A stretch of 63,322 bases of DNA, from the NCBI RefSeq assembly GCF_000143415.4, contig NW_003314462.1, positions 1 to 63,322 of the forward strand, given 5' to 3'. Each line of letters begins with the position of its first letter. Within the stretch, counting starts at the first letter, position 1. Of the stretch, positions 48,588 through 61,895 are shown in pieces. The position numbers and the translations under genes are program-made. This DNA is from Selaginella moellendorffii (taxonomy: Eukaryota > Plantae > Lycopodiophyta). The notes beneath the pieces were generated by a model. It was not told the origin of the DNA and did not search any database. It saw nothing but the letters and a program-made list of their open reading frames with translations.

Positions 48588-49289
48588 ATATTCCTTTACT
48601 AAGTTTCTAATGTATTTTATTTCAAGGTGAACAATCCGAATCTGAATCAGAGGAAGCGTGATGGCATGTGGCCCTTTGCACTAGTATATCTTAATACCGG
48701 TCTGAGAAATAGAATGGCATGTGCCCTCAGGCCTTTTACTAAATCACCTTTGAAAGAAATGCAAGCCTCTATGTCGTAAAAAAAAGGTACTAGAGAAATT
48801 CCTTAATAATATGAATGTTATTTAGTTTCATGAAAATACACTAAGGGTCAAATGAGTTAAATGACTTCTCCAGACTAGCAATGCCTCTTGCTACACCTTC
48901 ACAATTAGATTCGTTAGAAAAAGATAACATTGAATAATATCTAAATGTTCTCACCATTAAGTTATATGTCTGGCTAATAGGAATGACGTTCATCTTGGAA
49001 AGCTCACCACACGCTCATTGAACAAACAAATAGTGTGTGCGCGCATGCCATCGCTCTTCTTTAGCTTCAGATTCGGCTTGTTCACCTTGACAATGAGATT
49101 TATTATACAACCAGATGGACTCAGTCTGGACACAAAGTCACCGCGCTAGTCACCATGCCCCAGATATGTCTAGCCCCTGGACAGAAAACATATAATTTCA
49201 CGTTATTTTCAAATACTTGAAAATTTGTACCTAGTCCCATTTTACTGAATAAATCCCACTTTAATGAAATAGAGCTTACAAGAGGTGCA

Positions 49290-52065
49290 AGATAATTGGT
49301 TAAACAGGTAGAAGGTAGCTACCCAAGACTTTTTAATGGCATAAGGAAGTTAAATATACCCTTACAGAGGATAAATTGCTCATGTTGCGATATAGTAAGT
49401 CAATGTCGTAAACGGGAATGCTCATTGTCAGGAGGCCATCATTGGGGTACCCAAACACTCTATAACACCAAGAGGTGGTGTTTCGTGTCGCAAGGGCAAT
49501 AGATAAGGCCCAAGGGACTAAGTCCCTAGCGAATGATGGATAGAAGGTGCTATCCAAATGTCCAAGATTGTGGAGACAGGAGAAGACTGTCTACCTGAAT
49601 TGGACAAAGCCAAAAAAATGGAATTTTGGCAAGGCTGGTGATGGGCATGTAAAGGCCTATAAGCAGCAACGTTAATCCCGGTGTGTGGGATTATAAGGTG
49701 AGCATGCCCAAGATTGAGGAACCACTCCCTAGGCTATCAGGTAGGTTCATCCCTAAGAATATTTGCTAAGGCATAGTAAAATGTGCAAAGCTATCCTCCT
49801 AGTCTGGAGAAGAATAACCAAAGGAAACATATGGGGCCAAAAGGCAAGTAGTATTGGGATGGAACTGAACCATAGAAATCGAAAGGCATATATAACGGTG
49901 GTTATGCAAGTTGGGAGTGGATAATCAAGTGGGGGCTCGAGGGTGTTGTTGTCAGCAACCGTGATGCCATGAAGAGTCTAAAATATGGAATTGTCCATGT
50001 TAGACTATGTGGCCATGGGAAAGCTTGCAAAAAGGGAGGCCTTAGCAAGCTAAGGGATAAAGTTCTTTCAAGGTTCCCAAAGACGATTCTAGGTAACTTA
50101 GTACCTAGAAAGGCCAAGTGTAAATGGTTCATAGAACGCGTGAAATCAGAGTGGTGCAGCAAAAACATGGTCTTGAAGATTGCCATGAGGCAAGGCTACC
50201 AAGGTTAGGGTAGTAGTTCCCAAGTGTTCAAAGAGAGGGCTTTGAATGAAAGTCGATGGTCAAGGACTTTCACGCTTATGCAGGAACCATGTTACGTTGG
50301 TCAGAACTTGCCAAGTGAGATTGGCAAGTCGGGGGAACAAATGCCCTAGTTAAAGGTGATAACTTTGAAAAGGGTGGCCCATGAGGCCAAGCATGGAAGA
50401 GTCCATGCATGATCACAAACTTGTCAAGTGAGAGGACTTGGCAGTGTGGAGGAACTAGGTTCCTAAGCTGTGATCTGTAGCGCGCTTTAAGTATAAGTTG
50501 GTGCACCGGCGTGGGGGGTCACGCCAGACATCTAGGGTGATGCCGTCCGTAGATGCATATATGGAGGTTGGGTTCGAGTCCCAACCCTCTAGTGCTTGGG
50601 TTCAAGTCCCAAATCACTAGGGCGTGGTGATGGTTTGGAATATGAGGACACTCATATTTCGGTGGTCATGGACTCTCAGTGAGGAGACTGGTTTGGGCAC
50701 ACCGCCAAGCGAGGGATGCCTCGGAGTCGTGATGCACGGTTAGATTGCTTAGAGTGAGTCGGCATATCTAACTTGAACACTTTGGTGCAAAGGGCACCAA
50801 GGACGTGGTGAATGAGATGGGGACACCCAAGTCTCAGTTGTTATGAATCCTTGGCCGAAAGGGCTGGCTTGGGTGCAGCGCCAAGTGTGGGGGGATGCCC
50901 CCGGGGTCATAGTCAACAACTTAGAAGGGTCTGGAAGACCTAGTTCCTATTGATAAACCTATTAAGGGGTCAAGATGAGATCACTAGGTGATCTTGTGGC
51001 TAAACAAGGACAAAGTCTTTGTTTGGGATAAGGAATATAATTAATAGTTCAAAGTGTTGATTTGAACTATTGATAAAGGTGTGGCTTGGTCGAGGTGACC
51101 AAGTGGGAAGAACACCTAAGGGAAATGAGCTATGTCAATGCTATGGCATAGTAAGTCCAAGGAAAGTAGTCTCTATAAGAGATCCAAGGGAGGGTCTCAA
51201 AAAGTTGGGCCGTGGATAGAGCCCATGACAGAAAATGTTAAAGAGACGTACTAGGAGTGAACACCCTCTGGACTTGGCAAAGCAAAGTGTTTGCTATGGA
51301 ACCGAAAGGAAATCTCAAGAATGGAGGTAGCGATCCTATGTTGCTGGGTGCAACAATCAAATATAGGAGCAAAAGACTAGTGGCCAAGAAAAGAGCCATG
51401 GGAATCATGGGAAGGAATCCAAATGGCAAAGTTAGCCAAGGAACACAAATGTGTTTGATGCTAACGGATTGCAGAAAAGGAAGTGGACTTCCAAGGATAG
51501 ATTCCCAAGTGCTCCAATTTGGTGAAATAAAAGCTCCAAGTGAGGAGCGGCAAAGTAGCCAAAGGATAGGGCCGTGGACAACCCTGGCACAAATGATGAT
51601 AATTGGAACATAGTGCCAAGGGTGGCACAAAATAGAAAAGAGGATGATGGTGCCCTCAAGTAGAGAACTTCCTAGGATAGGGAAGTGGACTTGCACAATA
51701 TGTGCAATACAAGGTGTCGGAGACACCTAGGGAAATTGACTTCAAAGAAGTCAAAAGTAAACGTTCCAAAGGGTAAAGGTTATATCGATGAAAACTGAGA
51801 CTACTCAAGATGGAGTAGTGGGATTGAGATAGAGACGGTGTCTCTAACAAGTTTAGCGAGAACTAAACCAATAAACGGAAAGAACCACCACAAGTGGTCC
51901 AATCAATCTCTAAGTTGGAGAGACTATCCTCCTTAGAGGATGGATAAGGCATGGTGAGCCTTCGGGGTCAAACCATAGACAAATATTGGCCGGGTGCCAA
52001 GGATGGGAATGGTAATACTTGCGGGTGTTACTTTATAAAAAGGTTTACTGTTCGATGAGGACATC
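49290..52065 (-). mobile_element. Probable degenerate L1-like LINE
   Basis: Weak residual motifs in the expected order on the minus strand: CTYC zinc-knuckle-like (~51700), endonuclease-like SSDQ (~50300), RT-like YRP and GFV (~49600-49660). Many stops. Confidence 0.4.
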
Positions 52066-52090
52066 GAACTTCGTCTATGGGTGGTGGAGT

Positions 52091-53176
52091 TGTGAGACAC
52101 AAAATCCCTAGGCCCCGAAGTGGAGTCGGAAGGGTGCCACGTGGTAGCAGCCGAAGCGAAAGCCAAACGAGCGTAACACGTTTGGACTAAAAGCTCTGAC
52201 TTGAAAGGTCAAGAGCAGCCTTAGTTTAGTGGAAGTTTAGTGGAACAAAGTGCTCGAGGAACAAGCACGAAGTGAGCAATAAGCGAGGCTCCAAAAAGGG
52301 ACCCAAAAGGACCAACACATGACACGTGGAAGTGTCCGAGATAAAGTCCGAGATGGACCAAGACAGAGTCCGAGATGGAGTCTGAGGTGGAGTCCGAGAT
52401 GGAGTCCGAGGTGGAGTCCGAGGTGGAGTCCGAGATGGAGTCCGAGATGGTGTCTGAAGTGGAGTCCGAGACGGAGTCCGAGATGGACCAATAGGGAGTC
52501 CGAGATGGAGTCCGAGATGGACCGAGACGAAGTCCGAGATGGAGTCCGAGATGGACCAAGACGGAGTCCGAGATGGAGTCCGAGATGGACCCGAGATGGA
52601 ATCTGAGATGGAGTCCGAGAAGGACCCGAGATGGAGTCCGAGGTCGAGACCGAGACCGGGACCGAGACCGAGCCCGAGACCGAGGCGGAGGCCGAGACCG
52701 AGGCGGAGGCCGAGACCGAGGCGGAGGCCGAGACCGAGGCAGAGGCCGAGACCGAGGCAGAGGCCGAGACCGAGGCGGAGGCCGAGACCGAGGCAGAGGC
52801 CGAGACCGAGGCAGAGGCCGAGACTGAGGCGAAGGCCGAGACCGAGGCGGAGGCCGAGACCGAGGCGGAGGCCGAGACCGAGGCGGAGGCCGAGACCGAG
52901 GCGGAGGCCGAGACCGAGGCGGAGGCCGAGACCGAGGCGGAGGCCGAGACCGAGGCGGAGGCCGAGACCGAGGGGGAGGCCGAGACCGAGGTGGAGGCCG
53001 AGACCGAGCCCGAGTCCGAGTCCGAGCCCGAGCCCGAGTCCGAGTCCGAGTCCGAGTCCGAGCCCGAGTCCGAGTCCGAGCCCGAGTTCGAGTCTGAGTC
53101 CAAGTCCGAGTCCGAGTTCGAGTCTGAGAGGGTGAAAGCCCAAAGCATTCGTCTCCCAGACCCTGGGGGGTTTGGT
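52091..53176. repeat. Dispersed repeat copy B with longer 12-, 18- and 6-bp tandem arrays
   Basis: Homologous to 44493-45347. Confidence 0.9.
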
Positions 53177-54140
53177 GAGCTCCAAAAGTATAGTGAGGGG
53201 GAGGACTGCAGTGGAGCCAGTTTAGCCAGGAAAGGCCAGTTTGGCCCAGGAAAGGCCAGTTTGGCCCAGGAAGGCCAGACCCGGTGTTGGGTGATGAACT
53301 AACCACTGGGAAGTCCAAGACTATTGTGAATACGGACCGACAAACGGGGTAGCTTGGTGAAGTGTTCAAGAGCCGACTCTAGTTCCCCCGAGAGATCAAC
53401 TGGCCGATGCTCCCAGTCCAACTATGGGTGGCACTACCTACTTGGATACTAGGCGTGGCTCATTGAAACCTCGCTCTAAGCCCATGGCTAGAGCACCCAA
53501 GGGCGGAAGGCGGGGAGAGTACCTAGGTGGCTCGCGTAAGGCCATGGTGTTCCGAAATGTTGTCCCCAAAGGCCCAGACTGTGGAAAGGAAGAGGAGCAG
53601 TCCTCTGGGGTAGTGACTAAGGACACAGTCGTGTGGTGAGGAAGTCCCAGAGGACCGTGGGACTTAGTGGTCGGGCCTGTGGGCCTCGAACCAGTGGCAG
53701 TGTTGGCAAACACGGCCAGGGGCAGAAACGGACTTAGTGGGGGCTGACAGAGGGATATTGGGGAAGGCTATTCCCCTTGTCAGTGGGCATCCTAAGGATG
53801 CTAAGGAGTGGATCTGAGATGACCATTCATGGATGGTTTGCTTAGTCTTGGAGAGCCAAGACTGGGATGCATGTGGTATTGGACTACTAGTGTGGCAAAG
53901 GTGATTGGGCATGGCCTTAGCATAACAAGATGCCATGTCAGTGGTACCTTTGAGTGTCGGTCATGGGATCAGACACGTGGAGCACTTGGACCAAGTGCAA
54001 ATGTTGAGTGGCATGGATGCCATTCTCGGGGCTATCAAGTCCCAAGTCCTGAATTGGACTTATGGAGGTTGTGAATGAGACTCCTCCAAGTGATTGGAGG
54101 TGTGGTTAAATGACTAAAGTAGAATGGAAAAATTAGTTGC

Positions 54141-56549
54141 TTACACAGGATCCATCCCCATATAATAAAGAAGGCCATCTTCAAGGCGATATTGAGAATG
54201 TAAATGCCGGAAAGGCAAATCATTAGCAAGTGATGTAGGATTCTCAAACCCATCTCGAAGCCTTCGAATCCACAGCTCAATCTTTTGAGCCTCGTGAACC
54301 TCAAGAGAAGGTAGATCTTGCTCTGCGCCCTGTGGACACTGAACGTCAAGGACAGCAACTGCCGACGGCACAGAATCCTCATCTAGAAAATCCACAGATG
54401 CTAGAATAACAGGTTCGTCAGAAATATGAGAAGTGAGTGGAGAAGGAAGAGGAGCTCGAGAAAGGGCATCAGCATCAGCCATAGAACTCCCTGGGCGATG
54501 AACAACATCGAAATCATATATCTAAAGTTTCAAAGCCCATCAAGCCGTACGACCAACCAGGTTCTTCCGCTTCAATAATGAAGTAACAGCAGCATGGTCA
54601 CCTTCAAGTAACGTTCAAGAACCATGTAGATATGCATGAAGTTTCTCAAAACCCCAAACTGCTGCTAAACACTCCTTCTCCATCGTAGAGTAGTTCATCT
54701 CTGCTGGTTGTAATGTACGGCTTATGTATGCAATGGGATGGCACTGACCAGGTACACTTGAACTCTCTTGCATCAACACACCTCCAAGACCAATGTCAGA
54801 AGCATCCACGCGCAAAATAAAAGGTCGAGTGTAGTCAGGATATGCGAAAACCGGAGGAGTCGTCAATATCTCTTTGAGATTCACGAACACCCGCTCACAA
54901 TCTGGAGACCAGATGAAAGATGACATTGATGACTTCAGCAACGCTCGCAATGGTGTAGTGCAATCGGAAAGATGATCCACAAAACGACCGAGATACTGCA
55001 CCTTACCCAAAAAGTGTTGCACATCATTCACACACTTCGGAGTAGGGAACTTTAGAACAGCCACAAGTTTGTCAAGATCAACTTGCAAACCCTCACGAGA
55101 AATACGGTACCCAAGATAAGTTGTGTCCTTGGACCCAAACATGCACTTTGACCACTTCAGCTTTAAACCAACGTCGCGTAGCCGATCCAACACTTTACAA
55201 ACATCACGAACGTGCTCCTCCCACGTCTCATCCGAGTGGATCAAAATATCATCAATGAAGTCAGTAGTCACCTCTGGCATATCGCAAAGAACCTCATCCA
55301 TCATCCGTTAGAAAGTTGTTGGAGCATTGTTCAAACTAAACGGCATCACCAAGAACCCGTACAAACCAAACAGTGTACGAAAAATAGTCTTAGGAATATT
55401 TTCTTCAACCATTGGTACTTGCCAGTACCCAGAAGCAAGATTTAGCTTGGTGAACCAACGACTTCGCCCCAGATGATCCAAGAGATTAGTAGTGTGAGGA
55501 AGAGGGTACACATCTGAGATCGTCACTTCGTTTAACGGATGATAGTTGATGCAGAAACGAATACTCCCATCAGGCTTCATCACAAAATGAGGTTCACATG
55601 TCCAAGGACTCTGCGACTTCCGAATAACACCCTTCTCCAACATCTCCTTGACGTTTGCACGTAAAATCTTGATCTCCTTGGGTGACCGATGACGAACAGG
55701 AACCTTGATTGGACGAGCATCCCCGGTTGGAATGGGATGATGTGTGGCAATTTTGGCCCCAGACGATAGGTCAAATTCAAAAAGATCAGAATACTCCTTC
55801 ATGAGCTGGTCAGCAGCTGCAACACAAAGATCATCGGAGGGATCGGAAAAGGGAAGAGCAGAACAAGATGGAAACACAAGAGGAAATAGTGGGGGAACAA
55901 AAGTAATGGAAGCAGAGGTAGAAATAGAGGGACGAAGAGATACGGAAGTGAGAGGAATGGATGAAACATAAGGAAGTATGAGACAAGGGGGAAAAGCCTC
56001 AAAGTCACACTTGGCATGATTGCGCTGCAACTAATCCATACCAAGAATGAGGTCAAAAGCTTGACTCGGCACCACCCGCAACGACTGCAACTCAAGCTCG
56101 AGATCGCCCACACGCACAACTAGGTTTGCCTCATCTCGTGCACATGCATATGTACGGCCGTTGCCATAAAGAATGAAAACTAGATCCGCCACACGACACA
56201 AGTGTAGATGACAACGTGTGGCAACAGGTCGAGCAATAGAAGATAAACTCAAACCTGTATCAACCAACAAGGAGAGAAGAATAGGAGACCTCTTGTTATA
56301 AAAACGAGCTTGGAAAGTAAACACTGGATGAACCGGTGCCGAGTGAACCCCTTGATGATACTCCCAAAAGAAAGATGGAGGGGTCACTAACTTATTCGCG
56401 CAAGGTCCCTCCATTACTCGCGCAACTCCTCGTTTCCCGAATGCACCTTGGTATCCAAACCTTCCACTGCAGTAGCACCAATGGGACGTTGCTGATGCCA
56501 AGGTATCCACCCAGGAAATGGAGGTCGCCAATCCGGAAAGCACCGACAA
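54141..56549 (-). pseudogene. Gypsy pol (protease, RT, RNase H) with premature stops
   Basis: LLVDTG, SPWTC...KPDGSIRFCINY, LASGYWQV, MPFSLNNAP, FIDDILI, VDASDIGLGGVL, YSTMEKECLA, ADALSR. Confidence 0.9.
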
Positions 56550-57346
56550 CGCCGATAAGTATGACCAACTTCATCACACGCCCAGCAACGAACATCACGG
56601 CCACGACCACGTCCTCGCCCTTGTCCTTGGACTCGAGTAGCAGCAGCATCAACCTCCATGGGAACAGAACCATCACTCATAGGAAGTGGAGCTGAAGGAC
56701 GTGTAGCAAGAAGTGGAAGAGGCGACGTCTCATAACATTGTGCCAAGCGAAGAGCATCCTCAAGAGTGGCAGGAGCAAGTGCATGCACAAGTCCGACAAG
56801 ATCTTGACGAAGTGCTGGCCACAACATTCCTAGCTTGATCCGCTCCAACATATTTGGCTCCGCACGAAGCAAAAGACTTCGGAAACAAATGCCAAATTGC
56901 ATCACCGACTCAAATGGCCCTTGGCGAAGACGATGCAATTGTTGGAAGGCATTATCACAATCGTCGGCGTGTTCGAAGGTGCGTTTGAAGACGTCCGGAA
57001 GAACACTCCAATCACCACGAGTGGCTGCGCTTAATCCATTGTACCACTGCAATGCTGTCCCTTGGAGACATGTGGGGAACTCACGCAAACATCGAGCATC
57101 ATCCCAGGAATGATATGTGGCAATCACTGTGAAGTGATTGAACCAATGGTACACATCATCCCCAGGATTCCCACGAAAGAACTCTGGCCGAACGCGAGGA
57201 TTGGCACCAAAAGCAGGAGGTGTTGTACCATGTGCCGTGAATGCCGCCATCAACTGAGTTTGGTTGTTCAATTGCAAGCGCATAGCATCAAGCAATTGAA
57301 CCAACTGCTACTCTAGAGTCAAAGGAGGAGATTGCGGATCAGCCAT
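56414..57346 (-). CDS. Gypsy gag with CCHC zinc knuckle
   Basis: PEFFRG, LQGTALQWY, LRQGPFESV, VPMEVD and CWACDEVGHTYRRC. Upstream in-frame ATG near 57346. Confidence 0.85.
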
Positions 57347-57562
57347 GAAGATGAGTGAAAAAAAAAGAGCAAAAGAAGAGAAATGACAAAAAGCTGGAAA
57401 GAAATGGTAGATCTAGACAATGCAAAAAGCTAGATCTAAACCAAAATCCTGAAAGGAAAGAACAAAAGAAATGAAATGGAAAAAGCTAGATCTAGACAAT
57501 GCAAAAGCTAGATCTAAACCAAAATCCCAAATCCAAACACTCCCCAGGGACAATCAAAAGTG

Positions 57563-57578
57563 CCCCTCATCTCCACCA
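57563..57578 (-). other. Primer-binding site, tRNA-Ala-like
   Basis: Minus strand TGGTGGAGATGAGGGG lies 1 nt after the LTR-terminal CA and resembles the complement of a tRNA-Ala 3' end. Confidence 0.7.
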
Positions 57579-57579
57579 A

Positions 57580-57884
57580 TGTGAGTGTATGGAATATGGA
57601 AAGGGAATACAGAAATGTGCATATCCAATAGCCCAAAAACCCTAGCTTATATACAGGAGCGAGTGGTCCGGATTGAAACCAATCTGACGGCTACCAAAAT
57701 CCCACTACGCTAATATTAGTATACGGCATCATAGCTGTACACTTGGCCCTCACAAAACATATTTATAAATTACAAATACATCATCATCATACTCCCTTAT
57801 TTAAACGTGCTATTGGCATATGGCATCTGGCATCTTTTATTCCATTTTTAGAATATTATTTCTGAATATACTTATAATCTAACA
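57580..57884 (-). repeat. Putative 5' LTR (~305 bp)
   Basis: TGTTAG...CTCACA termini adjacent to the PBS. The outer boundary is inferred. Confidence 0.55.
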
Positions 57885-58010
57885 GTTCAAATTCAAAAAC
57901 TTCAAATAGATGGCATAGATCAAGTGCCAAAAGGGTGGCAACGCTTCAATTTTGATTTTGATGACGCTCCAAATCAAGTGAAATCTTTTAGGGTGATCGA
58001 GCAGATAGTG

Positions 58011-58140
<130 letters not shown>

Positions 58141-58248
58141 CACGCGCCAAAGAAAAGGCATGTTCAAAGAAATTCCTGAACAAGCTGCATCTTTCACGAA
58201 GGTTTGTGTTTCTTTCTCTTTTCCTATCTCTTCTTCTTACTCTTGTAA

Positions 58249-58392
<144 letters not shown>

Positions 58393-59101
58393 TAAGACAT
58401 TAACTCCAGGCCAGGTATGCTTGGAATTTTTTTATTGTTTCATTTCCTTTCGCACTTACTCTTGTATGTTCCCTTGCAATATGAACCTATTTTAACCTCC
58501 AAAGAGGACGAGTATGAAAAGCTGTTCTACAAGACCACGCAAATTGGTGCCGCCCGTGGTAGCCTGACATCACTTTTTATTTCATCCTTTACAACATGAC
58601 GACACACTGCAAAAGGGCTCAAAGCTTGGAATTAGTTCTTCACCCAAAGGATTGCCACAATTTTTCTGAGAGAGTATACACATGACCAAACGACTTGGTA
58701 ATTTCACATCAAAGAATTAGGTGCTTTTGAATTGCATATTCTCTCATCGCTGCCTGGTTTCTAAAACTCTTGCAGTGGCAGATGGCACAGTGCTGGCTAG
58801 AAAGGCAAGAAGAGGAAAGGTATGTGCCTGAATTGACAGATAATTTATTTGCCAAGCTTCAAAAACCTCACACAAATCCTGAACAAGAATCCATTTCCAG
58901 ACAGCATTGGAAGATTTTAGAAGACTGATATAAAATAATTCATAAACGTAGACAAACTCAACCTCTGATGAGGAAAGGTATAATGACTTCACACAAAACG
59001 AAATTCATTTCAGGCTATTCGATTTCCTATTTCTGATGTACGTTTATTCTCCTACATTATCTTTTCTGTCGCATCTGAATGTTCGAACTGGCAGGCAAAA
59101 T

Positions 59102-59307
59102 TTGAAAATAAAGACAACCTATTTTATTCTTTTGCTTTCCTCGTTTCCATGAAAGCGAGAAGCATCACCACTATACACATGGCTCAAGCAAGAAGCTTTC
59201 ATGTTGAAAATAAAGACAACCTATTTCACTCTTTTGCTTTCCTCGTTTCCATGAAAGCAAAAAGCATCACCACTATACATGTGGCTCAGGCAAGAAGCTT
59301 TCATGTT
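59102..59307. repeat. Two-copy ~102-bp tandem duplication
   Basis: TTGAAAATAAAGACAACCT...GCTTTCATGTTG occurs twice. Confidence 0.9.
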
Positions 59308-59952
59308 GTATCTGCTGAGGACATGATCAAACCACTACCCATGATTCTCATAACTATTGCAAAATTGTAAAACAGTTTCAAAAGTAAATCTCAGAAATAG
59401 AATAGAGCCCTTTTGTGCAAGTTCATCACGACAACTTGGGCAAAGTGATTGAAGAGGCGGTTTTAATTGCCAAACTAATGATGAAATTTCAATGTTAGTG
59501 TTTTTGAAGTTTAAACATGAGCCGTTTTTTAAAGTTGGCAATAATTTTAAATGCTTGACAGGTGTGGATGTCTACTCCAAAGAAAAAGTCACATCCTGCC
59601 ATACTCACAAACTTGTGCTTGCAGATTGCTCTTTCTATATATATCAGCCTTCTCACAGTGTTTGAGTAGACATTTCCTTGTTTAAAATAAAATGGCATGT
59701 GCCTCAATGCAGTTGAATTTTGTTATATTTATATACTATATAAAGGTTTGGAAACCTTATTTTACAAGTGGGATAATGACAATTCCCACTTTAACGAAAT
59801 AGAGCTTACACTTACTCGGTGTAGATTGGACATTCAAGCAAGCATGATCTCAAGTGCACCGTGTGAACAAGTCCTGGTAAGGGAGACAATGGAAGAATAG
59901 AGCTATGCAAACTCTTCCAAGCATTAGCTAATTCCTAGAGTGCCTTGCAGTT

Positions 59953-60452
59953 GTGGTCTTCTCTTTCCTCACTTCCTGGAGCTATGATCTGGTGGCTGCT
60001 CAGAATGAAACAACCAGAGTCTATGACTTCCAGGTCAGTTTGCTTAAATATGCATCAAAAGCTCATCGAATTGCCACCACCCAGGTTGTAAGCTTGATGG
60101 TGAGGCGGCTGGGAAGAACAAAGAACATTATTACTGTCAATGGCAAGCTCCCAAGTCCAACGATCTATGCCAACGTCGGTGATAGGCTTCTCATCACAGT
60201 AACGAACACTGGCAAGATGTCAATCCATTGGTGATGAGTGGTCTCAAAATTTCCAAAACATTCTGTGATGTAATGCTCTTTCACAAATATGGAATCTGGC
60301 AATTTAGGAATGCCTGGTTCGATAGCCCGGCTATGTCCTCTCAAGCGAGGCTAATAGTTCCTCTACAACTTCAACATGGATTCACACATGTGAACTCTCT
60401 TCTGGCATGCACACATCATGTGGCTTCGAGCTACTGTCTATGGAGCCATTGA
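59953..60452 (+). pseudogene. Laccase (multicopper oxidase) N-terminal fragment
   Basis: TRVYDFQ/V..RLGRTKNIITVNGKLPSPTIYANVGD..SIHW, GIWQFRNAWFD and LFWHAHIMWLRATVYGAI. One ~51-nt GT-AG intron at 60034-60084. Frames broken, C-terminal domains absent. Confidence 0.85.
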
Positions 60453-61559
60453 CAGCCCAGCATGAACGCAATAAAGGGCATTGTGGATCCCAGGGACCGC
60501 TTCATTTGCAAGGGGATCCTTGGAGGAAACTCTACCAGGTAATATAACTAAGGATTGATTAGCCTTGACATGTTGTATTTTGCAGTCTTGCTCTGACTCG
60601 CACTTTGACTTGGCTGTGGAAAGTTTTGGTGACAGTGTATGTAGTGCAGCAAAAATGGTCTACAATTCTGAGTTATATATGCCTGGTGTTTACCGTTGCA
60701 TTGCTAAATCACGTATTTTTTTCACTTATGTTATTAATCAGGCGGCACGACAGGGTGTTGGAAAGACATCTCTACATTATGCACTGATGGGCCAGGGTAA
60801 TGGCATTAGCATGATACTGACGGCTTTTTTCCAAACATGGAGTGGCATGAAGGTGTTTCATGTGGTGTAGGAGACATAGATGTGGCAGGGATTAACTTGC
60901 AGGTAAAAGTTTCTTTCTTACTTGTCTTTGATTAGTCTACCTATTGGTTCCATGCAGAAACCCCTAGACTCAGAGCTACAGCAGCTGCAAAATAAGGTAA
61001 TGGCCCTTGAGTTGAAGGTCTTCCAATTGTGAGGCTAATCAAGAGAAGCTGAGAAGCATAAGATATAAAAAAAGATCAAATAAACTTCTTTTAGAGTCAA
61101 GATTGTATCACATTACAAAACAATGAACACCAGGCAGTGTGAAATGAACTGTGAATTACTACCAAACCCATTTGTCTTTTGGAATGGTTTTATTGAATCT
61201 GAAGCATGTGTTGAGAGTCACAAAATAGGTTATCAAAAATACCACCCTTGAAACTCAGATCAAAATAAAATTACATGACACTACATAACGTTATTTGGCT
61301 AGGAATTTGCGTGCTCGACGACGCCACCAATCTGACTTATAGCACGTTATGTTACATAGATTGCAGCATTTTGCATTCTCATTGTCTTTGCACTATTTTC
61401 AAATTTATAGCCTTTTGCATTCTCCTGATCTATTTTATAGAAGCGGATGTACTGCCAGAGGCATCAGTCCCTGTCAGATCCTAAGAAAGGTAGTATAAGA
61501 AGCCAAAGATCAAGTGTATGCCCGCTGACTTGATTTTCTGCCGAATCAGAAGGATGGTA

Positions 61560-61895
61560 CACAGAATAATGACATAGTTGTTTGTACACCATGGCCAAGA
61601 AGATGTGGCAATCCATGCAGCATTCCAGTTGTATGTCAACAGTCTTCCTACCAGAAGAACAAAGAAACTATGGTTGTAAATCCAAGACAAAAGCACTAGA
61701 TATACCGTCAGCATCCACAATGTCAAGGCACAGTGAAACCAGACCAGATGATAAGCTTGATCATTCAGTTGCCACGATACCAAGAGTCCCTATGATTTCT
61801 TTGGTACTTAACTCCAAACATAAGCAGCGCCAAACTCCCAAAGCTCATGCGTAGAACAGATTGTGTGCCAAACCAATCCTTGCCAGGTGATCCCT
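61560..61895 (-). pseudogene. Serinc/TMS membrane protein fragment
   Basis: PGKDWFGTQSVLRMSFGSLALLMFGVKYQRNHRDSWYRGN*MIKLIIW and YNWNAAWI resemble plant serine-incorporator proteins, with stops and frameshifts. Confidence 0.6.

Larger units (their letters stand above)
54140..57884 (-). mobile_element. Ty3/Gypsy LTR retrotransposon, 3'-truncated and decayed
   Basis: Order is LTR, PBS, gag, protease, RT, RNase H. No integrase core or second LTR recognised. Confidence 0.88.

Noticed and set aside
44493-53176. The two cassettes as paired LTRs of one retrotransposon
   Set aside because: No gag-pol, PBS or PPT between them, and the interior holds unrelated elements.
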